Positions 12,760 through 24,124 of a stretch of 64,000 nucleotides of DNA are shown here, piece after piece (within the stretch, counting starts at the first letter, position 1; each line of letters starts with the position of its first letter). The notes beneath the pieces are model-generated. The model was not told where the DNA came from, did no database searches, and saw only the letters and a list, made by a program, of their open reading frames with translations. Position numbers and translations under genes: made by a program. The DNA is from Octopus sinensis (taxonomy: Eukaryota). The stretch is taken from contig NC_043002.1 of assembly GCF_006345805.1 (NCBI RefSeq), positions 55,924,001-55,988,000 of the forward strand, in the 5' to 3' direction.

Positions 12760-12919
12760 GAATAAAGCTTTCAAATGGAACTTTATCCAAAACAACCAAC
12801 TGTGACTCATCAAATATGTGCTTAGTGTTGACGTGATGAACTTCAAAAGCTGAGTAGGTTAAGAAGGAAGACCACCACTTCACATTTACAAAAGAAGAGG
12901 CTGTTATAATAATACTCAC

Positions 12920-13012
12920 GGAAATATCATAAACATCAATAGCTCTTAACACTACTTGAAAAATTGAAGTTATAACAATACGGATCTCTTCAGACACAGA
13001 GTCAGGATCTTT
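12920..13012 (-). CDS. DOCK3/DOCK4-like: DOCK exon: KDPDSVSEEIRIVITSIFQVVLRAIDVYDIS
   Basis: cag/gtgagt, 93 nt; corresponds to V.EE...LL..L. Confidence 0.85.
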
Positions 13013-14493
13013 CTGAAATGAAATAAACCAAGAAGACAATTAAAACAATTGAAAACAAGAATTAAATTAAGAAATTAATTGAAATTTCTGAAGTCATAAA
13101 AAAGGAAGTCTGGCAAAAAAATGGGTCAAACAAATGAAAAATGTTCAGAGGGAATAACATTGAAGGAGATTTTTTAGAGAAGGAGAGGACTAAAAGCTAA
13201 AACGGTTCCAATCAGGGTTTGTGCAGGTTTGTGTGTGTGTGTGTGTGTGCGCGTATCTATATTTTAATAAGAAAGCTGCTTATTAGTTGTATGGAATTTC
13301 TAATAAAAGAATGCAATTATTAAAATCAACACTGTCTAGATAATTCTTATAATTCCAATTCTAGAAAATTCTTATAATTCCAATTAATTTTTTATCAAAA
13401 CGTAATTTTCAAGATTTTATTCGCTGTGACAAAGGCTTATCTTTTAATGTCTTACACTTGCATCTCTTTTCTTCTACTGTTTCCTTGGAAACAGTCTCTC
13501 TTGCCCATTTTCTCTTTCCATATCTTTGTATACTGCCTCTACTTCTATCAATCTTTCTTTATGACTTTTTCTTCTCTACTCTTTTCTACATCTTAGAGAC
13601 AATACAAGAAGGATTTAAAAGAATAACCATACAGCATCTCTGTTGTGCTGGTTAACAAAGGGAGCATTCAGATCTTAAGTAGAGGAGTCCATTTGAAAAA
13701 TATACTGTAGTCTTTGCCCAATGCTTGTACAAGCAGCAATAAGCCAGCAGCTTGCTCTGGGAAGGGCAAGAGTATGAAGAGGTCATGTCCCAGGACCCCG
13801 AGGCAGGTCCAAGAGGGAATAACTTAATGATTGGTAATTGGATAACAAGAAATAAAACTCAAACAAAATAAACACCAAATACAGGTTCTAATGAAAATCT
13901 CAAGCTGACATTCAGATTCATCCTAATTTTATAATTTTAACATTATAGGCATGAGAAAATAGATTTCAGAAAGAACTCTTTTTTAAAAACCCTTTTGTTA
14001 GTATATTTCTGCATTTGTTTCAATTGATTTTCAAAATAATAAAGAATTTTGTAAAATAACTGTCATTATTAACCCTCTCAGACCTGGGCCCCTATGTCTA
14101 ACTTCTCCCTCTACTTGGGCTCCTGAGCAAAATAAAATAAATAATTGCAGACACAGCTCAAGAGTAACCATTGCAGGAAAACTTAAATGGACAGATTCAC
14201 AAAACAATTCAGGAGAATAACAATGATAGGCCTATCCTCTCAACTACTTTATTTCTTTAAGCGGGTCACTGCTCTCTTCATCTTATTCACTGATTTGATT
14301 GCCCGTATCACTGCTGGTGTAAGAGTAAACTCATTGTCCAATGAACAAATATCATTAATAATTTCCTCAACTGCAAAAGAGTCAAGGCCTTCTTCATTTA
14401 CAAGATGAAGTGCTCGGTTCACACACTTGTTTCATTGCAAAATCCATTTTCACTGCGATCAAAATAAAAAGTTAACAACACCTATTGTGGACA

Positions 14494-14630
14494 TTATTTA
14501 CATTTGATGGATATTTGTCCTCATCTTGTTTGTTGTTAACACAACGTTTTGGCTGATATACCCTCCAGCCTTCATCAGGTGTCTTGGGGAAATTTCGAAC
14601 CTGGGTTCTCATTCCTAAGGTATTTTTCTA

Positions 14631-14674
<44 letters not shown>

Positions 14675-15031
14675 CCACTGCCTGGAATCAAACTCAGAAT
14701 CTTGGGGTTAGTAGACCGCGCTTTTAACCACTATACCATATGCCCATGGTTAGGAGCTACTAACCCCAAGATTCCGAGTTCGATTCCAAGCAGTGACGTG
14801 AATAATAATAATAACAATAATAATAATAATAATAATAACAACAACATCAACAACAACATTGAAAAATACTTTAGGAATGAGAACCCAAGTTCAAAATTAT
14901 TCCAAGACACCTGATGAAGGCCGGAGGATATATCAGCCGAAACATTGTGTTAACAACAAACAAGATGAGGACAAATATCCATAAAATGTAAATAATGTAC
15001 ATAGTTCCTCATCTCTTGAATATAGAACTGT
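14494..15031. mobile_element. Head-to-head dimer of a tRNA-headed SINE with a Penelope-type hammerhead tail
   Basis: Inverted arms, B-box GAGTTCGATTCC, (AAT)n linker, CTGATGA...GAAA core; 14-bp direct repeat ACCTATTGTGGACA on both sides. Confidence 0.85.
14906..14951 (+). ncRNA. Hammerhead motif in the SINE tail (partly decayed)
   Basis: GACAC-CTGATGA-A-GGCCG-loop-CAGCC-GAAA-CATT-GTGTT. The inverted sister copy reads AACGTT at stem III. Confidence 0.65.
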
Positions 15032-15792
15032 ACCTATTGTGGACACCATTAACAATGAGTCTTAAACACACTTGACCACAAAGCTGCAATGTGATCATTT
15101 GTCTATTTTGAATATTTTTATCTTTTTTTTTCTACGTGTGTTGTCTATTACCATTTTAGCAAGAATCCAATAGAGATTTTGTTCATGCTGTTCCTAGGAA
15201 ACCAGAAATATGACATGAAATTTTGATGGAAGGTTTTATTTTGGATCACTTTAAATCAGGAAGTTTTATACATGTGTAGCTGTATGGTTAAGAAGTGAAC
15301 TTTACAATCACATAGCTACAGGTTCAGTCCTACTGCACAGCAGCTTGGGCAAATGACCTTCTGAGTGGATTTGGTAGATGGAAACTGTATGGAAGCCCAT
15401 CATGGGTGAGCATGCATGCATGTGAGCATGTGTGTGTGTGAGAGCATGCATTTTTGTGTTTGCCCATCCAGCACTTCTTGATAACAGTGTTAGTTTGTTT
15501 ACATCCCAATAAATATACGTGGTTTGGCAAAAAAGATAAAACAAGTACTAGACTTAAAAAAAGATAATGGGGATGACATTTGTTTGACAAGTCACTGCTC
15601 CAGCATGGTCACAGGGTAGTAACTGGAACAAACAAAAGGGTAAGAACTGATCAAGCAATGTCTTCTATGCAGAGTTTTTCTTTTTGATTTCAAGAGACAA
15701 GCATTTGAGGTTTTGTCTTCAAATTTGTTCCACAACATGGAACAACTAAACAACAACAAAAAAAAAAGGTCATGAAAATAAAGGCTACTTAC

Positions 15793-15920
15793 TAATTTTA
15801 GTGAATGGAGGAAGCAAAGGATATCACCCAAAATGGTTGTAGCCAGGGAATATAATTGCTTCCCAATGAAACAGCGTTTGATTTGAGACATACAGAGAGG
15901 CAGCAGCATCATTCGAGAAT
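15793..15920 (-). CDS. DOCK3/DOCK4-like: DOCK exon: (D)SRMMLLPLCMSQIKRCFIGKQLYSLATTILGDILCFLHSLKL
   Basis: Corresponds to ESRRILLP; tag/gtaagt. Confidence 0.92.
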
Positions 15921-15927
15921 CTAAGGA

Positions 15928-15968
<41 letters not shown>

Positions 15969-15999
15969 GGAATGATAGCAAATGACAGCAAAATGATAG

Positions 16000-16110
16000 C
16001 AAATGATTGCTACCTAGCCCAGATACCAGGAAACCCCAAAATGGCAGAAATTCAAAGGATAGTGCTCATGGGAACTGCCCATATCCTACGTAAAATACTG
16101 TCTATGTAAT
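16000..16110 (+). mobile_element. 3' end of an R4/Dong-like (RLE-type) non-LTR element next to (TAA)n
   Basis: IPGNPKMAEIQRIVLMGTAHILRKILSM* C-terminus. Related pieces at about 49,120-49,400 (-) and 63,860-63,960 (+, LLYMDD). Confidence 0.65.
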
Positions 16111-17301
16111 TTCAAATTTTAAAACAAACACATAATTTTCTTAAACATTCTCGAGAACAACACAATGTGCAAAACCAAATTTGGGGGAGGGGTAAGTCAA
16201 TTAAATCAACCCCAGTGTTTCACTGGTACTTAATTTATCAACCATGACAGGATAAAAGGCGAAGTCGACCTCAGCAGTATTTTACATGGCGTGCTAACAA
16301 TTCTGTCAGCTTGCAACCTTAAATAATAATGATGATGATGATGATGATGATGGTGATAATTTCAAATTTTGGTACAAGGCCAGCAACTTCAGGGGAGGTG
16401 CTAAGACAATTACATCAATCCCAGTGTTTCACTGGTACTTATTTTATTGACCCTGAAAGGATGAAAGGCAAAGTAAATCTCAGCAGAATTTGAACTCAGA
16501 ACATACAAATGAAAGAAATTCTGCTAAGTATTTTGCCCTTCAGGCTAACAATCCTGCCAACTGGTAAATTTGGGCCCAAGGCCATCAGTTTTAGGGGTAA
16601 GGATTAGGAAATTACACTGACCTCAGTACTTAAAAGGTGCTTTATTTTATTGACCTCAAAAGGATAGAAGAAAAAGCTGACCTTGGCCTTGGCAGGATTT
16701 GACCTCAGAATAAATGCTGCAAAGCATTTTGTCTGATGTGCTAACCATTCTGCTAGCTTGCCATCTTAATAATCCTTTCTTCTAGAAGCACAAGGCCTCA
16801 AATTTGGAGGAAGGGATCAAGTCGATTACACTGGTACTTATTTTATCAACACCCCAAAAGGATGAAAGGCTAAGTCGACCTCGACAGAATTTGAACTCAG
16901 AATATTGTGGCAGATGAAACATTGCTAAGCTTTTCACCTGGCGAGCTTGCCATTTTAAGGATAATAATAACTGACCAGAAGCAAAACTGCTCCAGACAAG
17001 ATCTTTTGAATTCCTTCTTTGTAGTTCCTTATACTACACTGACCTCAAGCCTTGTTTAGGACAAAATCATGAAAATGAATATGATTATGGGGGCTGTACA
17101 ACAGACTCAAAACTTTGGTTAAGATGTAGGGCTCAGGCCTGGCTGTGTGGTTAAGAAGCTTGCTTTGCAACCACATGGCTTCGGGTTCAGTCCCACTGCA
17201 CGGCACCTTGGGCAAATGTCTTCTGCTGTAGCCTCAAACCAACACTTGTGAGTGAATTTGGTAGACAAAATCTGTGTGAAAGCCTGTTGTGCATGTGTGT
17301 G

Positions 17302-17335
<34 letters not shown>

Positions 17336-17846
17336 TGTGATGAGTCTACCACTCTGCACCACTTGACAACAAATGTTGGTTTGTTAACATTCTCACAACT
17401 TGGAGCTTTGGCAAAAGAGACCAATAGAATACATAACTGACTTAAAAATAAGTACTGAGGACAATTTGTTCAATGTAAACACTTCAACGAGGTTCCCCAG
17501 CATGGCCACAGTTCAATGGCTAAAACAAGCAAGGGATAAAAGATGTGTACAGGAAGTTATATATTTAAAGAAGACCCTTCCTCAACAGCAGATGTGTTAA
17601 GACCGATGCCTCTGGTGGTGTAAAGCACTTGTGGCGCTGCCATGTAAAGTGCCTGTGTGGTACCACATAAAAAGCACCCAGCACACTCTGTAAAGTGGTT
17701 GGCATTAGGAAGGACATCCAGTTGTAGAAACCATGCCAAGTCAGACTGGAGCCTGGTGCAGCTCTTCAGCTCTCGTCAAACCAGCCAACCCGTGCCAGCA
17801 TGGACAACAGAACTTAAACGATGATGATGACGATGATGATACCTAC

Positions 17847-18033
17847 CTCTATCAGTGACTAGTTCACTTTTGAGAGTTTCGTGAAGGAACTCTAATTTCT
17901 TGCTAAACAGGGACTCTGAGAGCTCTTTCGGCATAAAATTGATGATGTTGACAACATATATTGTCACATCTTTCTTACTCAGCAGTTTTAACAGGGAATT
18001 ATAAGTGTTGGGGATGTTGCTCAGCAGTAAGAT
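17847..18033 (-). CDS. DOCK3/DOCK4-like: DOCK exon: ILLLSNIPNTYNSLLKLLSKKDV...KLEFLHETLKSELVTDR
   Basis: 187 nt, open in the DOCK frame; cag/gtaggt. Confidence 0.88.
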
Positions 18034-19509
18034 CTGAAACAGACAGAAACAAAAAGAAGAATTAAAACAATTACCCTTTTGGAAATTCGTATAACACATA
18101 CAAAGGCACAGTGCAAAAATAGCTATACAGTAAGTATCACATCAATGTTATAACTTAATTCATTAAAATCATTAGCACATTAAATTACTTAGCCACGTTT
18201 TTTTTTATATTTTCAATGTCATTATTCATAATAAAATGTTTTGCAAACAACTTGCACATGCAAGTGCTACTACTCAAGAATTCCGCATACCAGAAGCCAG
18301 CAAGTATATGGGGTCATCAGGATAGAATGCATGCTGCTTCGGGGCCTACCTCTCGACGGCATCAATGCACACCAGCACTACCCCATCACTGATATGGGGC
18401 CCCACTTGCTAGATCAACTGGTTATTAAATAAAGCTCAATATTCTTTTAGCCATCACTCATCATCTCTTTTTAACCAAATCCAATGGATAGCCTTTTCCA
18501 TCGTAGTTTGGATATCGGTCATGGTGGTATTTACTTTATGATGAGCTAGGCCTAACGATAACAACACACACACACACAAACACATATATATATATATATG
18601 ACAATTACATAGCAGAAGAGTCATGTTGGTGATTTGTAAAACACCAAAAGTTGTTTTGGTCAGATTTGCTTATTCACATGTATTTATTTTCTTACTATTT
18701 TTCTCAAATATGGAGAGTCAAGAAGTTGTTTGGTTACATGTTTGTCACCTACCCACTACTACAAGACCCCTGCATCAGAAATGTGTTTTGCATAAACACA
18801 CAAACATACACATCACGCTCTAAGCAAGGTTTCGTTCTTTATCTCATTATAATATTTATATTTATATACACCTTACTGGTAATTTTCAAACCCCGCCCCC
18901 AAACACCCAGCTAGTAATGAATATTACACCATTATATTTTGAAAATTAACGACCCAATCAAATTTAAATAATTACTTGTGTATTTGAATTACATCATGTT
19001 ATATTACAAGAACCTGATGAACAGGAACGTGAAACTCTAGTAACAGTTTTTGTGATAATTTTGCAGTTCTAATAAAAGTATATATCTATATGTAAAGGGC
19101 GTAGCTAAATGGCTTTATATAGTTAGAATATTAATATCAGAGTACCTTTCGAATGTTGGGCCTCACAAGACCTTTGGCATTATGTCATGCTTGAAAAGAA
19201 GACCCATCAAGCCAACCAAAATCACAGTCATGGCAGATACCAGTGTCACACAAATGGCACTCATGCTGGTGGCATGTAAAAGCACCCATTACACTCTCAG
19301 AGTGATTGGCATTAAGAAGAGCATCCAGCCATAGAAAACCATACCAAATCAGACTGGAGTCTGGTGCAGCCTTCCAGTATGCCAGCCCAGTCAAACTGTC
19401 CAACCCATGCCAGCATGGACAATGAATGTTAAATGATGATGATGAAGTATTACTATATGTGCACAATCAATCAATGAGAAATTTGATATAAATAAAACGT
19501 TGACAATAC

Positions 19510-19618
19510 CTGACAACTTGACAAGTTATCTTGATTTAACGATACAAGGTACCCCATTTTTTCGAAAACTAAATATATGAGTTGAGGGAATTCATCAGAT
19601 CTTTCAACAGTGTATGCT
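19510..19618 (-). CDS. DOCK3/DOCK4-like: DOCK exon: (R)AYTVERSDEFPQLIYLVFEKMGYLVSLNQDNLSSCQ
   Basis: Phase 2 to 0 fits; cag/gtattg. Confidence 0.87.
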
Positions 19619-19984
19619 CTGAAATAAAAGAAAGGCATTTTGTTTTTAAACAATGCATAAATTTATTGTCAACATGAAACAGTATTCCATACACTAAGTC
19701 ATACAGTAATAAATAATCACAACCAACAATCACTTGATGTACAAACATCTTGATACACAAACAAAAACACTGATCGTCATCATCAATCATTTTAAATCCA
19801 GGTTTTGTCCCTATTAATGGAGGTGGCTGGATCTATCTCAATGCCATAGCAACTGCCCTCACATCATCTCACCATCTTGCCTGGTTTTGGGCATCCTCCC
19901 TTCTCAAGCCAACCCTCCCAATCTCATCCTCTGCCTGTCCCCTCCACATTTTCCTCAGTCTATCTCGCTTTTGCTGTCCATATA

Positions 19985-20712
19985 TATATCATCATCGTCG
20001 TTTAGCGTCCGTTTTCCATGCTAGCATGGGTTGGACGGTTCTACTGGGGTCTGTGAATCCAGAAGGCTTCATCAGGCCCAGTCAAATCTGGCAGTGTTTC
20101 TATGGCTGGATGCCCTTCCTAACGCCAACCACTCCGTGAGTGTAGTGGGTACTTTTTACGTGCCACCCGCACAGGTGCCAGACAGAGCTGGCAAACGGCC
20201 ACGAAAGGATGGTGCTTTTTATGTGCCACCGGCACAAGGGCCAGGTGAGGCTGGCAACGGACACGAAACAGAGCGGTGCTGGCAACGGTCGCGAAACGGA
20301 AGGTTCTCTTACATGCCACCGGCACTGGTAACACATCTGCAATTTCCATTGATCGATTTCCATTCTGATCCTCACTTGCCTCAACGGGTCTTCACAAGTA
20401 GAGTATCGACATGCCACCGGCACTGGTAACACATCTGCAATTTCCATTGATCGATTTCCATTCTGATCCTCACTTGCCTCAACAGGTCTTCACAAGTAGA
20501 GTTTTGTGTCCCAAGAAGGGAAGGTATGCATACGTAGGCTGGCTCCATCCCAAGTAGAAGGCCACAGGTTATGGACTCACTTGTCCTGCCGGGTCTTCTC
20601 ACGCACAGCACACTTCCAGAGGACTCGGTCTCTAGTCATTTCCTCAGTGAGACCTAAAATTCGAAGGTCATGCTTCACCACCTCGTCCCAGGTTTTCCTG
20701 GGTCTGCCTCTT
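19985..20712 (-). mobile_element. RTE-type LINE 3' end with an internal 89-bp tandem duplication
   Basis: Same tail family. Segment acatgccaccggcactggtaacac...cacaagtagag occurs twice (about 20,330-20,500). Confidence 0.85.
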
Positions 20713-21062
20713 CCTCCTGGGTCTATATATTTATATACCCTGTTTGCCTAGCTAGTGGGGTAGCATTATTCAAAAGCAACTATAATGTAACAAAGCGCAC
20801 TGTGATCAGCAGTCTATAACAACATCTAACAGTCTGGTCAATACAGTGACTAACATAACCAAGTACATATTTCTCTCTATATATATATATACAAATTGAG
20901 ATAGGGGTTGTAAATGCAACCCTCTATGGGATAACGTATATCCAATATACTGTTAGTGAAGTACCCAACAAAGTTAATACATAAATGTTAATGATTGCGA
21001 TGCAATCAATTCATTTACTGTATTATATGGGCAAAGGTAAAATGATTTACCACAAATTACTA

Positions 21063-21293
21063 ATACAAGATAAGAAAATGGAGAAATACATCTAAATCAA
21101 ATATCAATTACCAGATAATACTCAATCACATACTTTATTAAACCACCACATAAGAGACTGTAGGGTTAAATATAAAAAGCAGAACAAATCAGTGTACATC
21201 TCTTATGTGGTGGTTTAATAAAGTATGTGATTGAGTATTATCTGGTAATTGATATTTGATTTAGATGTATTTTTTCATTTTCTTATCTTGTAT
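21063..21293. repeat. Fold-back palindrome, 95-bp arms, 41-bp loop
   Basis: 21,063-21,157 is the reverse complement of 21,199-21,293 with about 2 mismatches. Confidence 0.92.
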
Positions 21294-21307
21294 ATATATA
21301 TATAAAT

Positions 21308-21602
21308 GAGTAGCAAAGATGTACAGGTGTCAATTCATTACAGCCATTTCAAGCAACTCCTTTAATTAATTAATGAAAGCATCATTGCAAAGAAAACGTT
21401 TTCGTCAGATGACTGCATAGACTTCAAACAGTTTGGTGACATGAATATGTTAAAGCAGTTGGTTGGTCCTTTGTGTTTGAAGTCTTTGCGATCATCTGAC
21501 AAAAATGGTTTTTTTGCAATGATGTAATGTTTTCATTAATCAATTAAAGGAGTCGCTTGAAACGGCTGTAATGAATTGACAGCTGTACCTCTACTGCTAC
21601 TC
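21308..21602. repeat. Fold-back palindrome, ~120-bp diverged arms
   Basis: gagtagc...gacttcaaac versus gtttgaagtc...gctactc. Confidence 0.85.
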
Positions 21603-22695
21603 ATTCATATTTTATTCACCTACCCTGTAATCTGCACTTTGGAAATATTAGAGAAAGTATTTTTTATATAAAGTACATGTCTGAACAACCAAGAGAAGAT
21701 CTCTTCAACAAGTTGGGTCGTGTTATCTGCACACACTGCAAGACTATCAAGTGCAAACACTTCTGCATAGAGTTTGATATTCACTTGATATTGCTTGGGT
21801 GTACATGAAGCATGTGCTGACAGTAATTACCCCGGGTAGGCAGCTGGTGATGTTTACGTAGTAAAACACAAAAAATAAGCGAAACACAGCCACGTGACTG
21901 AGTTGAAGGCAGATTTACTTCTGCCTTTATAGTACATAAAGTAGGAATGTACACAGCACATGTACTACAGCATTACTATGCATAGCTTAAATATGGAGAT
22001 TGAAAGGCAGGGGCAAATTATGCATACCTAATCTACAAAAAAATTAAATTTGCGTTTTATGCATAATAATCAGAGTAACCTTCATAATTTTATTGAATTA
22101 GGTGCATATTTTGCCATAAAAGGAAAATGTTGCTATCGATCTATTTTATTCAAAGTAGGCACTGCCTACCTTGCCTGCCTTGGTGGCACATCCCTGGTGT
22201 GCATGTTACTCTGACCTGACAAGGTGCCTCAATTTAAGTATCTAATTCAACTGAATCTTATGTGTGTGTGTGTGTGTTACTGTCTGAGAGATCTTCATGG
22301 TAGCATAAAAGGCATTTTAACTCCTATTTCTAAGTTTGGTGTGTGGCGAAGCAATTAGCTGACCCCTGATTATAATTATGTTTATAATTATAAAATATTT
22401 GTATGATTTTACCTAAAAAGGTTATTTTAATGAACCGAACTACTTGGTAAAATTATTAATTATTAATTAATTAATTTTACCCTTTTATTATTATTATTGA
22501 AATATAATTTACTCCCTGATCGAAAACTACAATTTCTGCAGGATTATTTATAACACACATATGGGTATTGAGGATAAATACGTGTTCACATTCAGCTGTA
22601 TGTTTTTGAAAGTGTTGGTTGAATGTCAGTTATATGATGGCGCTTGTTCGCATACATATTTAATCCTAAACACTCTCAAACTTATATTTCGAAAT

Positions 22696-22763
22696 GCTAC
22701 ACTGAAGATGAGAAATAAGTGAGTAAATATAACTTTACTTTAATCTTGAAACGCGTATGTAGC
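22696..22763 (+). ncRNA. Minimal type-I hammerhead ribozyme motif (Penelope/retrozyme type)
   Basis: Stem I GCTACA/TGTAGC; core CTGAAGA (22,702-22,708); extended stem II; GAAA (22,748-22,751); palindromic stem III ACGCGT; predicted cleavage after GUA (22,757). Confidence 0.8.
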
Positions 22764-22930
22764 TAATCTGAGTCATATGGATTCATTATTTTTTCTTTTT
22801 GCTTACGTAAAAAAGTGTGTTACTGTCTGGGAGATCTTCATGGTAGCATAAAAGGCATTTTAACTCCTATTTCTAAGTTCGGTGCATGGCGAAGCAATTA
22901 GCTGATCCCTGATTATAATTATAGAATATT

Positions 22931-22978
<48 letters not shown>

Positions 22979-24071
22979 CATATCAAGAGTGGTAACTCTC
23001 TTGGTATCTGAGATTAGGAAGAACTAAAGAATTCAAAATGCATTCACCAGTAGAAAAGAGGGCGCACTGAGCTGACTATAGTGTTCAAACCCATTTTATC
23101 TCAAACAAGACTTTTCTCTCAACAGAAAACTGCAGGAAAAAATCTGTACGGGTTCAAATTTGTTGCAAACATATTTTGAACCTGTCTAACCTTTGCAGAT
23201 TTTCCATCACTGCTTCATGCAACTACCCAACACCCCCATCCCAATAAATAAAGATACACAAACACACAAATTTGGTAGAACCAACAGGAGAAATAGAACT
23301 CAATATTTGACTTTTATTTTTTATTGAATAAGACAGACTTAAATAGACAGACATAGAGACAGACAGACAAAGACAAACAGACAATTTTTGGTCACGCATG
23401 TGAATTTCCTAATTTCCCATAATTAGACATATCTGTCCAAATCAGTTATTCCAACAAATATATCTAATTGGCTTCAATGTCTCTTTGACATAATTTCTAC
23501 AGCTGGATGCCCTTCCTAATGCCAACCACTTTGAGAGTGCTTTTTGCATGGTACCAGCACTTGTGAGGTCACCAAGTAACTCACATTATAAGAACCATTG
23601 GTGGAATGGGGTGGCATTATCGAAGGTGGCTTTGTGCCACGTGACGAGGGAGGCTGGAAAAAGTGTCTTGCTGTTGGGGAAGTACATGGTTACCCCAGCT
23701 GGAAAGGGGGAAAATGGTGGTGGTGATAATGTGTCAGGGTGTACCCTCAAGGTACAAGGTGAATATAAGAGAAGTGGAGCAGAGGTTCAGACAGGGTGAC
23801 CAGCTGGATAAGTTCATGGGAATGTGAAAGGAGCATGACAAGTGGGTAGAGGTAGAGGTGAGTGTAGTGAATGGTGAACAAGGGTAGAGACATGACCAAT
23901 GGTGAATATCAGAAGATTGTGGTGGGGAGACAGTGGAACCATGAGGGGAGTCAGCTAGGGAATAAACAGATGGCAAATAAAATATATTTGCATAATTTTT
24001 GGTCCTAAATAATACTTTTTAATGTTAGAACAATAATAATCTGACATTAAATATAGATATTAATTAATTAC

Positions 24072-24124
24072 CTGTTGAATAACAGTTTGGACTGGACAAT
24101 AAACTGGAACAAGTAATTAAACAC
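24072..24124 (-). CDS. DOCK3/DOCK4-like: DOCK exon: VFNYLFQFIVQSKLLFN(R)
   Basis: Corresponds to ALEYLFKFIVQSRILY; tag/gtaatt. Confidence 0.93.

Noticed and set aside
12840-12919. Possible micro-exon or extended exon after 12,920
   Set aside because: The gtgagt donor is strong and the frame is already continuous; no evidence for extra coding sequence.
14700-14790. tRNA genes (also in other SINE heads)
   Set aside because: A/B boxes are present, but no complete cloverleaf or acceptor stem was recognised; each continues into a SINE body.
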